Below are positions 54,809-63,437 of a DNA stretch of 64,000 nucleotides, one piece after another. Origin of the DNA: Verrucomicrobia subdivision 3 bacterium UBA693 (GTDB lineage Bacteria > Verrucomicrobiota > Verrucomicrobiia > Limisphaerales > UBA8199); the NCBI GenBank assembly GCA_002298785.1, contig DBMR01000059.1, forward strand, positions 123,094 through 187,093, written 5' to 3'. Each line of letters begins with the position of its first letter. Position 1 is the stretch's first letter. The translations under genes and the position numbers were made by a program. The notes beneath the pieces were generated by a model, which had not been told where the DNA came from, did no database searches, and worked only from the letters and a program-made list of their open reading frames with translations.

Positions 54809-57800
54809 CTACTTCTTGAGCCGGAAGTACTGCGGAGTACTGGTCGAAGCCGGCGCATAGACGACATTATCCGTGCCTTCGACTTGCACCGTTAGACCAG
54901 ACGTGGTCCATCCTCCGGTAACGGTGGATGACTGTTCGATTCCATAGCCCGTATAGGAGGTGGGCCAGGCGATGCGAATCTGGTTACCAGTCCACGGTTG
55001 AATCGTGAGCATCGGGCGAATCTCCGGCGCCGAAAGCAGCGATTGGATCCGGTAATCGGAGACTGCGGCATTATAGATGCGGACGTCAAACAGCAGGCAG
55101 CTCACCCACCGGTTCCCCCAATAACCGCCGCCTTCGTCCTGCAATCCGCCAAATACCACGTGCGCACCCGGCGCGAGTGCCATGGCCTGGCCGATTGTGT
55201 GATTAACCACGTGCGAGAACACACCGTCCACGTATAACGTGCGCGTGCCCGCCGCCTGGTCCCAAATGCCCAGGTAATGGTGCCAACCGCCGTTATTGAC
55301 GTTGATTCCGCTGCCCCAGCCATCTTCGTTGTCAACTCCGCGAACCGTGAAACCAGCGATGTTGTCGGTTCCCATCCGGCGAATTTGCCAACCTTTGCTA
55401 TTTTCGCCGAGTTTGGTCACCCAACCGCCCCATTCGCCCGGCATACCTTTGGCCCAGAAGGCCACGGTGAATTTCGAGGCGATGTCCGTGTCGAAGGTGG
55501 GCTGGTACCCGATGTCCACATTGGCGCTGTTATTTACCCTGACTCCCACATTTCCAGCAGTCAGGTCTAGCGACTCGCCGGTGAAGTTAGCGGGCATGTC
55601 CGTTGAATAGGTCAACAGCCCTGCGCTGCCGCCAACGGCCACGCCGTCGTGCGTGCCTGCCGGGCGGTAGCCGGATTTCTCCACGAGGTCCGCGGTGCCG
55701 TCGAACCAGTGCCCGATCAACGTGGGTGTCGGCGTAACCGTGATAACAATCTCCCCGTTGATGACGGAGGAGGGACTGGTTCCCGTGATAGTGGTGGAAC
55801 CGACCGCTAAGGCGTGGATGGCCACTGTGGCGGTATTCGCGCCGCCTTGAGCGAACTGAACGGTCAGACTGCCGCCCACCGCACCCACAGGAACAGCCAC
55901 CGTCGGATTCGCGCTGGTGATGGTGACATTGACCGCACTGGTGGCCACCATGGTGGTAGGCACGGTAATCGTGGCCGTGAGGTCGGGATCACCAAGGTTA
56001 GGACTCCATTTACCAGGAGTGAGAGACACCAGCGGTGCTCCGACCTGATCGATGATTTCCGTTACGGACAGTGCTTTGTCGTAAGCCCGAATTTCGTCGA
56101 TGATGACCCGCGCAAAACGTGGGTCCCCGCTCGAATCGCGGGCGCCGAAGAACAACGGCATGCCCGTTGGAGGCGTGGTCAGATCACCATCGGTGATGTT
56201 GATCCGCTCGACGCCATCAATGTAGAGCCGGCGTTGCAGCGTAACGGGGTCGTAAACCGCGGCGAGATGATGCCAGAGGTTATCCGTGATGACCGCGTTC
56301 GGGTCGGTGGGATCATCATCACTTGGATTCGCTGTTGGCGGCAGGCCGGAATTGCGCAGCGTGAAGGTGATATGCGAGCCTCCGGCTTTGCGAATGGCGT
56401 AGCCAGTCGCTTCACCATCTTTCGCGATCCAGGGAGCCCAATCGCTGGCAGGCAGTCCTTTAACCCAGCAACTCCAAGTGAAGCCTTTAGGACTTCCGAA
56501 GAGGAACGAATCGAACGTCGTTCGGTAGTTGGGATCCGTGATCAGCGAATTCTGGACGCGCACCGCCGTGTTGGCTGCGCGGAGATCCAACGCGTACCCT
56601 CCCAATCGACCTGGCACATACGCCACGTTCCCGACCGCCTGGCCGTCATGCACCCCAGTGGGTTGGAAACCAGCGGTTTCCGCCAGGGTCTGGTTGTCGA
56701 AGTTCCAGTAAGCCACCAGGCCGCCAATGTTGGGTTGTTGCACCGCGATAGTCGTTACGGCCGCAGACGGCAACGCCCCACAAGTATAGGTGAAATGCGC
56801 CGTGCCCGGCCCATTGGCCTGCACCGCGTAAGTCGCTGTATTAACGCCGATGGGGAAGGTTATGGTGCGGACTCCCGCGACCGCTCCTTCTGGAACGGCG
56901 ACGCCTGGTTTGTCGCTGGTCACCACCACATTCACTGAAGCTGAGGCCACAACCGAAGGCGGCAGCGTGATGGTTACGATGTTGGTGTTCGGCGACGGAC
57001 TATACAGGGAGAAGGACGACGGCGAGGCCAGAACGGCCCCCACCAGATCCAGCACCTCTCCACTTCCCAACACTGTGCTGTATAGGCGAACGTCGAACAG
57101 CCGGCCTTTGAACCAGTTGCCGAAGTTGTCACTCTCGTCGCCACGTGCTCCGAGTGCCAGGTGCGCATTCGGCGCACCAACCATGGGGTAGTAGTTGTTA
57201 GCGATGGTATGAGACAGCACGCCGTCAATGTAGAGGGAACGTGTACCGTTATTTCCATCCCAGACTCCAACAAAGTGATGCCAATTGGTGTCATTCACAC
57301 TGATCGTGCTGCCGGTGCCATCATCGTTGGCCAATCCGCGAACGGTAAAGCAGGCAAAGGGATTGCCGCCCCACCGGCGAAGCTGCCAACCTCTGCCGTT
57401 TTCGCCGTATTTTGACACCCACGGGTTCCAGGAGTCCGGAAAACCTTTAGCCCAGAAGGCTACGCTGAATTGGGTGGAGATGCCATCATCGAACGTCGAT
57501 TGATAGCCGGCGTCTCCGACCCGTGTATTATTGATCTTCACGCCGATGTTCGGCGCGCCGCTCAGATCCAATGATTTCCCTGGGCGGCCCAGCGGCGAAT
57601 CGCTGGAGAAATTGCCTGTCGGGGGCGCTCCAACAAACGAGCCATCGTGGGTACCGTCGGTGTATCCAGAGACGTCCGCCAGGTGTGGTGATCCGGCCAG
57701 CCAGTGACCGATCAATCCCGGGGCACCAGCGATGTAGGCCTCAAGGCTCACGGAAGAACTCGCCAGCCCAGTCGCTCCGGCAGAGAGTACCGCCTGGCCA

Positions 57801-60643
57801 GCCGTGACACCGTGAATGGTCAAGGACTGGCTGGCGGCGGCGCCGGCGTTGAATACCACTGGAACCAACGCTGCGCTGCTTCCACCGATGGTCACAACAG
57901 TTGGTTGGCTATTGGTGATGTAAACAGTGACTGGGGCGCTCGCGTTGGCGCCGGTCGGGATGGTCACGGTCAAAAGCGTACTGCCACCGACGAGGACCGC
58001 GGGTCTTGAGGACAGGGCGGCCACCGGCGGGATAAGAGCGCTGACCTCGCTTTGGGAGAGCGGGTAGCTGTAAATACGAACGTCATACAGCAGTCCCGCA
58101 AAGTAGCTCTCGAAGCCGGTGCCGCCCTGCTCCCGGGCGCCCAGGCCGAGGTGTTTAGCTGGAGCTAGGCTCATCACCTGGCCAACAGTGTTGTTCACCG
58201 TATGTGAGAACACGCCATCGACGTACAGCTTTCTGGTGCCGGTAGCCTGGTCCCAAACGCCAACATAATGATGCCAACTGAGGTTATTGACGTTGATGCT
58301 GCTGCCCCACCCATCTTCGTTGTCAATGCCGCGCATTGTGAATCCTGCGACCGGATCGCTGCTCATGCGGCGGAGTTGCCAGCCAATCCCACCCTCACCA
58401 CGCTTTGATACCCACGGGTTCCAGCCACCAGGAAAGCCCTTGGCCCAAAACGCGATGGTAAACTTGTTACGGATAATGTCGTCGTAGGTGCTCAAGTACG
58501 CGCCGTCGGCGGTGGAGCTATTGGTGACTATCACGCCCACATTGCCGGATCGCAAATCAAGGGACTGACCGGTGCAACCTGGAGGCAGGTCAGCGCTGAA
58601 CGCCAGCGCGGAGGCAGTTCCCACCGCCACACCGTCATGGGTTCCCGCGGAGCGATAACCGGAAGTCTCGGCGAGGTTTGCGGCGCCTGAAAACCAGCGG
58701 CCGATGAGCGGAGGACACACCGTGACGGTAAGGCCAACGCTATCAAGCCCAGTTACGCCCGGTTGTAACCGGGAGGTGCCAATCGCCGTGCCGAGGACGG
58801 TCAGATTCTGGGTGAATGAACCACCGGCGGTGAAGGTCACAGGGACCACCGCAGCGGCACTGCCGTTAATGGTGACCACCCCCGGGTTGCCGTTCGTCAC
58901 ATAGGCGGTGACCGCGTTGTAGAGATTGAAGCCTTCGGGGATCTTGACGGTGACGATCGTGCTGCTAGTCCCGATACCCAACACAATTGCCGGATCGGCA
59001 GCTTCCACTTTCACTTGGGTCCCGTAACCAGGAATGGAAACGTTGTCCATATAGGTCCAGCCCCAACTGCCGAGGTTGTAATCCATGTAATCGAGGGTGT
59101 ACTTCTTGCCCGGGATCGCGAAGGGCGCCAACTCGGCTACGGTGAAACTTCCGTTCTGCCAATCACCACCATTGCCGTTGCGTCGTTTGCTCAGCACGTA
59201 AGTGTCGGTAGCGACATCGCGCAGGGCGACGCCGGCAAAACCGCCTCCATTGATTGCCTGCGCGGGGATGGCGGACGGCGCGGCGGGTGCCGCCAGTGGG
59301 GATTGACCACCGGACAGTTGGTAGGTCAGGTCTTCCAATCCGTGCAGGACGAACTCCGGAGATCGGCCAAATCGGGTGAAAAGATCATCCTGATCATAGC
59401 CCGAACCGAGGGCGCCGTTCATCCACAGGGCGGCGGGTGGCGTGGGATAGATTTGGGTCCAGCCTTGCAGGCCGTTATTGAAATCGTAAGCGATTGTGGG
59501 CGGACGCACATGCACGGTCACCGTGTAAACGGTAGTGGTCAGGAGGTCCGAGGAGGTCACAGTGTAAGTCTGAGGCGTGGTAAAATCATGGGGCGAACCT
59601 GCAGCTTTGTCACAGGTGGCGCCCGCGCTCAGGATAAAGGTCGGGGTAAGCGCGGTCACATCCGTGCGAAACGGGACGGTGAACTTAATGTCAGTACCGG
59701 TGATGACGGCGGGATTGCCCGGCAGGCTCATGTCGTACATCTGCGCTTGCGGAGTAGGGGTGGCGGCCAAATAGGCTGTAGCCACGCCATATTTGTCCGC
59801 AAGGTACTTGCCAACGACATTGGCTTCGTCGCTGGTCAGGATGTGATTATAGATGATTACTTCGGCGATATCGCCCCGCAATTGCTGGCCGTTAGTGGCG
59901 CGATTACCGATCGTCCAATTCTGACCGCTGCCGCTATGATAATCGGCGGAATCGTACCCGGCCTCGGTACCATCGATCAAGACCCGGTAGGTCGAACGAC
60001 TGCTTTCCAGCGCATATACATGCGAGCCAGTGGTGGGCCAGGCCGCCTGATTAAAAGTTCCGTTCGCCCGGCTATTGCGGAAGCTGCCGGGATGCGACTC
60101 GCTATAGGTGTCGGCCACCCAACGTTCGTCGTTATTGCGGTTGCCGAAGAGGTTGTAGCGACCGTCGTTGTCGATGGTCGAGACTACGAACACGGTTCCC
60201 GCGTTCGCGGAATACAAGCTCAGGTCCCCGAGATACAGGCGATCCCCGTTGTCATCGCTGTCCTGGGCAAACCGTAAGACTGGCAGGCCATTCAATCCTC
60301 CTGGGACATAAAGCGGCTGATCGTTGTCAGTGGTGTTTGAGGCAGGGTGATTGTTCCCGCTCTGATCAGTCCACTGTTTGACATAAATGTCTGATCCCGA
60401 GAGCCGGACCTGGTTGGCATCGCTAGTATTAATGCTATCGGCCTTGAGCCATACTACCAAACCATCTTTGACGGGCAGGTCCGCCAGGGCGGTGGTCGCG
60501 CCTAACAGCAACGAAAAAGCTCCTGCCAGCGCGCATAACTTTCGACCGCCGAAAATTCTGCCCATTGGTTTCGGAATCGGTTTCGCCGGCACTCGTGGCC
60601 GCGGCATGATGCTAAGTAATCGAACTAAGGGGGTATTTTTCAT
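54809..60643 (-). CDS. giant secreted protein (1944 aa) with five LamG-like (concanavalin-A-like jelly-roll, LamG_3) domains interleaved with Ig-like domains, conserved C-terminal tail
   Basis: Signal peptide (..LCALAGAFSLLLGATTALA). The LamG_3 hallmark recurs at aa ~730, ~1060, ~1390 and ~1725, e.g. FTIAFWAKGFPGGWNPWVSKRGEGGIGWQLRR...LSWHHYVGVWDQATGTRKLYVDGVF...LLYDVRIYSYPLS. An N-terminal LamG-like domain lies at aa ~55-290. The start may be at a downstream Met (60607 or 60565). Confidence 0.85.
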   Translation of the reverse strand: MKNTPLVRLLSIMPRPRVPAKPIPKPMGRIFGGRKLCALAGAFSLLLGATTALADLPVKDGLVVWLKADSINTSDANQVRLSGSDIYVKQWTDQSGNNHPASNTTDNDQPLYVPGGLNGLPVLRFAQDSDDNGDRLYLGDLSLYSANAGTVFVVSTIDNDGRYNLFGNRNNDERWVADTYSESHPGSFRNSRANGTFNQAAWPTTGSHVYALESSRSTYRVLIDGTEAGYDSADYHSGSGQNWTIGNRATNGQQLRGDIAEVIIYNHILTSDEANVVGKYLADKYGVATAYLAATPTPQAQMYDMSLPGNPAVITGTDIKFTVPFRTDVTALTPTFILSAGATCDKAAGSPHDFTTPQTYTVTSSDLLTTTVYTVTVHVRPPTIAYDFNNGLQGWTQIYPTPPAALWMNGALGSGYDQDDLFTRFGRSPEFVLHGLEDLTYQLSGGQSPLAAPAAPSAIPAQAINGGGFAGVALRDVATDTYVLSKRRNGNGGDWQNGSFTVAELAPFAIPGKKYTLDYMDYNLGSWGWTYMDNVSIPGYGTQVKVEAADPAIVLGIGTSSTIVTVKIPEGFNLYNAVTAYVTNGNPGVVTINGSAAAVVPVTFTAGGSFTQNLTVLGTAIGTSRLQPGVTGLDSVGLTVTVCPPLIGRWFSGAANLAETSGYRSAGTHDGVAVGTASALAFSADLPPGCTGQSLDLRSGNVGVIVTNSSTADGAYLSTYDDIIRNKFTIAFWAKGFPGGWNPWVSKRGEGGIGWQLRRMSSDPVAGFTMRGIDNEDGWGSSINVNNLSWHHYVGVWDQATGTRKLYVDGVFSHTVNNTVGQVMSLAPAKHLGLGAREQGGTGFESYFAGLLYDVRIYSYPLSQSEVSALIPPVAALSSRPAVLVGGSTLLTVTIPTGANASAPVTVYITNSQPTVVTIGGSSAALVPVVFNAGAAASQSLTIHGVTAGQAVLSAGATGLASSSVSLEAYIAGAPGLIGHWLAGSPHLADVSGYTDGTHDGSFVGAPPTGNFSSDSPLGRPGKSLDLSGAPNIGVKINNTRVGDAGYQSTFDDGISTQFSVAFWAKGFPDSWNPWVSKYGENGRGWQLRRWGGNPFACFTVRGLANDDGTGSTISVNDTNWHHFVGVWDGNNGTRSLYIDGVLSHTIANNYYPMVGAPNAHLALGARGDESDNFGNWFKGRLFDVRLYSTVLGSGEVLDLVGAVLASPSSFSLYSPSPNTNIVTITLPPSVVASASVNVVVTSDKPGVAVPEGAVAGVRTITFPIGVNTATYAVQANGPGTAHFTYTCGALPSAAVTTIAVQQPNIGGLVAYWNFDNQTLAETAGFQPTGVHDGQAVGNVAYVPGRLGGYALDLRAANTAVRVQNSLITDPNYRTTFDSFLFGSPKGFTWSCWVKGLPASDWAPWIAKDGEATGYAIRKAGGSHITFTLRNSGLPPTANPSDDDPTDPNAVITDNLWHHLAAVYDPVTLQRRLYIDGVERINITDGDLTTPPTGMPLFFGARDSSGDPRFARVIIDEIRAYDKALSVTEIIDQVGAPLVSLTPGKWSPNLGDPDLTATITVPTTMVATSAVNVTITSANPTVAVPVGAVGGSLTVQFAQGGANTATVAIHALAVGSTTITGTSPSSVINGEIVITVTPTPTLIGHWFDGTADLVEKSGYRPAGTHDGVAVGGSAGLLTYSTDMPANFTGESLDLTAGNVGVRVNNSANVDIGYQPTFDTDIASKFTVAFWAKGMPGEWGGWVTKLGENSKGWQIRRMGTDNIAGFTVRGVDNEDGWGSGINVNNGGWHHYLGIWDQAAGTRTLYVDGVFSHVVNHTIGQAMALAPGAHVVFGGLQDEGGGYWGNRWVSCLLFDVRIYNAAVSDYRIQSLLSAPEIRPMLTIQPWTGNQIRIAWPTSYTGYGIEQSSTVTGGWTTSGLTVQVEGTDNVVYAPASTSTPQYFRLKK
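55036..58711 (-). repeat. four tandem ~1-kb (≈330-aa) Ig-like + LamG modules inside the LamG-giant gene, repeated at nucleotide level
   Basis: The protein modules at aa 645-870, 978-1200, 1303-1535 and 1643-1870 share long identical stretches. The antisense ORF-track translations at 55296, 57285 and 58287 are near-identical (..PSSLS.PRTV.PA....RRSCQP..FSP.FDTHGFQ..GKPLAQ.A.VN..), showing DNA-level repeats about 1 kb and 2 kb apart. Confidence 0.8.
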
Positions 60644-60690
60644 AGGTTGTTTAAGAGGATACTTCTATTTTCACGCACCAAGTTTAGTTA

Positions 60691-60719
60691 TTTAAAAATA
60701 GGTCCAGTGTGATTGTCAA
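60691..60719 (-). promoter_or_regulatory. candidate sigma70-type promoter (TTGACA-N17-TTTAAA) in AT-rich island upstream of the LamG-giant gene
   Basis: Minus-strand read: TTGACAatcacactggacctattTTTAAAt. It lies ~45-75 nt upstream of the start codon at 60643. The surrounding 236 bp are strikingly AT-rich for this genome. Confidence 0.4.
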
Positions 60720-60879
60720 CAGAATAAACTTTTAACAAATTATTTGACGCACTTATCAGTTATCAGCATAAATTGCTATCATGGTGGCAACCTATGGTTG
60801 GTATCTAGTCCGTCGGTGGAAGATGCAAGAAAGCCGCGATTAATCACCGCGGCTCGATCGATCCAGGTTTAGGAGTCAG

Positions 60880-62223
60880 TTATTCAAAAGTCTCCACGCG
60901 CAGCAGCACTGGGGAAGCTTTTACGACTGGTAATTTGCTGATAGTCGACAGTGCCGCGGTCACCGTCCCGCTGGCAGCGGTATGCAACATCAGAATTAAG
61001 GGAACGCTTTCTCCCTCATGCCCCTCCGGCTGAATTACCGAGGAGATACCGATCCGAGCCTCGCCGAGGATCCTGGTGATCCTGGCCAGGGTGCCTGGCA
61101 CATCGCTCACGGACAGCCGCACGAAGTACCGCGAAACCACGTCTTCGATCCTGGCGACGGCACCCGCTTTCTCATGTGGCGCGAATGGAGGGATGCGATG
61201 CGGGGTGGCGAACTTCAGGTCCAGGGCCGCATCGACCAAATCGCTCAAAACCGCACTAGCGGTAGCATCCTTGCCGGCGCCACGTCCGTAAAAAAGCGTA
61301 TCTCCAACAATGTTCCCCCTCACAAACACAGCATTGAAGACATGATTCACATTCGCAAGAACATGGGTGTTGGGCACGAGGGTAGGGTAGACCGAGACCT
61401 GGACGCGCGCACCGGCAGTGCTGCCAGGTTTGCGGGACTTGGTCGTGGCGGCTGGCAGAATCTTGATAATGCCCAGCAACTTTATCGTGTAACCAAGCCG
61501 GTCGGCAAACTGGATATCGATTCGGGAAATATGCCGGATGCCTTCCACGTAAATATCCTTGGGGTTAACCCAAAAGCCGTGAGCCAGCGAAGCCAGGATC
61601 CCAATTTTATGCTGGGCATCATGGCCATCGACATCAAGCGACGGTTCCGCCTCCGCGTAACCCTGCGCCTGAGCGTCCTTCAAAACCGTGTCAAAGTCGG
61701 CGCCTTCCAGCTTCATCCGGGTGAGGATGTAATTGCAGGTGCCGTTGACGATGCCGTAAAGGTGGGTGATCCGATTGCCGACGAAGCCTTCCCGCAATGC
61801 TTTGATGATGGGGATGCCGCCACAAACGCTGGCTTCGTAATAAAGGTTGGTACCGTGCTTTGCGGCTGCGGCGAATAGTTCTTCACCGTGGGCGGAGAGC
61901 AGCGCCTTGTTGGCCGTGATTACCGGTTTGCCCAGCCTAAGGGCAGCCAGGACGATCGTGCGGGCCAATGTGGTGCCGCCCACGAGTTCCGTCACCATTT
62001 GGATTTGCGGATCATTAACCACGGCTTGCCAATCAGTGGTCATGAGCACCCGTGGAATGGGGTAGGGGCGGGGTTCGTCCAAGGCCTTGACCGCCACTTT
62101 GGCCAGCCGAATTAGCACACCGGTCCGGGAGGTCATCAGTTCCGCGTTCTGTTGCAGCGCATGCACCACGCCGCTGCCCACTGTGCCGCCGCCAATCATG
62201 CCGAGATTTACCTGATCCATCAT
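60880..62223 (-). CDS. hom: homoserine dehydrogenase with C-terminal ACT domain
   Basis: ..LGMIGGGTVGSGV.. is the NAD(P)-binding motif. ..ANKALLSAHGEELF..ASVCGGIPII.. is the catalytic region. A C-terminal ACT-like region follows (..RYFVRLSVSDVPGTLARITRILGE..). Confidence 0.9.
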   Translation of the reverse strand: MMDQVNLGMIGGGTVGSGVVHALQQNAELMTSRTGVLIRLAKVAVKALDEPRPYPIPRVLMTTDWQAVVNDPQIQMVTELVGGTTLARTIVLAALRLGKPVITANKALLSAHGEELFAAAAKHGTNLYYEASVCGGIPIIKALREGFVGNRITHLYGIVNGTCNYILTRMKLEGADFDTVLKDAQAQGYAEAEPSLDVDGHDAQHKIGILASLAHGFWVNPKDIYVEGIRHISRIDIQFADRLGYTIKLLGIIKILPAATTKSRKPGSTAGARVQVSVYPTLVPNTHVLANVNHVFNAVFVRGNIVGDTLFYGRGAGKDATASAVLSDLVDAALDLKFATPHRIPPFAPHEKAGAVARIEDVVSRYFVRLSVSDVPGTLARITRILGEARIGISSVIQPEGHEGESVPLILMLHTAASGTVTAALSTISKLPVVKASPVLLRVETFE

Positions 62224-62425
62224 ATCTTTGTATTGGGCGAAGAGGGTGCCAAAAACGGCTGCCGGAACAACCGAAAACTCCGGGAATAGCGCGTCATAAT
62301 TTTCCGGGCGCTTGCGCCCGGATGGTCCATTAGCTACCGGTGATGAAAAGCATAGGTAATTCTACGGATACGAATTTCTATTGATGCGCGCACAGGTTCA
62401 TGGTAGGAGAAAACTACTAAAAATC

Positions 62426-63367
62426 ATGAAGCCATTGCTCCTGCTCACTACTACGTTTTGTCTATTCCTCCATACACCCGGCCGAGCGGCAGTCTTGCTG
62501 CCCTATTTCAATCCGGTCAAAGCGTCGATCTCACAACAATTGATCGTGCTTTCCAACACCGTGCCGGTGGACAAGAAAGCCATTTCAGCTTTAAAATCCA
62601 CACTGGCCACCATTGACAAACCCGGGGTGTCGAGTCTGCCGAACGATCTCAAATTGCTTAGCACCGTGAGCGCCGCCTTGGACAAAACCAGCCGCGCCGC
62701 AGCCCTGCAGCCCAATGTAGACGGTGCGGTAGATCAGTACCTTTCATTGCTTTACGGAATGGCCCGGCAGAGCTCGAACAGCCTGGCGGCCGCGTATGCC
62801 TCGCCGTCGAAAATCGCAGCCCAGAAAAGCCTGGATGCGTTGTTTGCGACTCTTGACTCTGCGAATGCGACTACCAGCGCGGTCGCCGCCGCAAAGTTGC
62901 TCAATAAAGGCATCAGCCAGTGGACCGCCACCGACAAGTTGGTGACCCGGGCCGGATCGGTGCCTCCGCCGGCGGCGGGGGTGACGGCCAAAATTACCGG
63001 CGCCGAGAGTTGGGATTTCAAATCAACCCAGGCAGTGGCGGTGGATCGTTCGCCGGGAAACGTCCTGGTGAACAGTACTCAGGCGATCCTGAAGTCGCCG
63101 TTTGGCCAGCGCACCATCACCTTCAGTATGTATGGGCTAAAAGAGGGGGCGAACACCTTGACCGTGCACAATAACGACGCCTTCGTTACCGAGATTTTTG
63201 GTAATCAAACCGGTGCCGGATTCGAAAGCCAATCCGGCACGATTCAAGCCAACTACAATCCTACCGCCAAAACCATCGCGGGCAGCTTTACGTTCGTGCT
63301 TTTCAATCAGGATGATCACACGAAGCTGATCACTGCGACCGGCAGTTTCTCGGCTACGATCAAGTAG
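62426..63367 (+). CDS. hypothetical secreted protein
   Basis: Signal peptide after the internal Met (MKPLLLLTTTFCLFLHTPGRAA). It is Ala/Ser/Thr-rich with no recognised domain. Confidence 0.5.
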   Translation: MKPLLLLTTTFCLFLHTPGRAAVLLPYFNPVKASISQQLIVLSNTVPVDKKAISALKSTLATIDKPGVSSLPNDLKLLSTVSAALDKTSRAAALQPNVDGAVDQYLSLLYGMARQSSNSLAAAYASPSKIAAQKSLDALFATLDSANATTSAVAAAKLLNKGISQWTATDKLVTRAGSVPPPAAGVTAKITGAESWDFKSTQAVAVDRSPGNVLVNSTQAILKSPFGQRTITFSMYGLKEGANTLTVHNNDAFVTEIFGNQTGAGFESQSGTIQANYNPTAKTIAGSFTFVLFNQDDHTKLITATGSFSATIK

Positions 63368-63437
63368 GCCGACCCGGCGGTGCCCACGCACTGAACTGCC
63401 GTTGGTTTCTGCATTGCCGAGCCGCGCTGGGGAGGTT

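Noticed and set aside
62303-62320. GC hairpin CCGGGCGCttGCGCCCGG between hom and the downstream secreted-protein gene
   Set aside because: It is not followed by a T-run on either strand, and it lies upstream of, not downstream of, both flanking genes. It is unlikely to be an intrinsic terminator, though it could be a regulatory stem.
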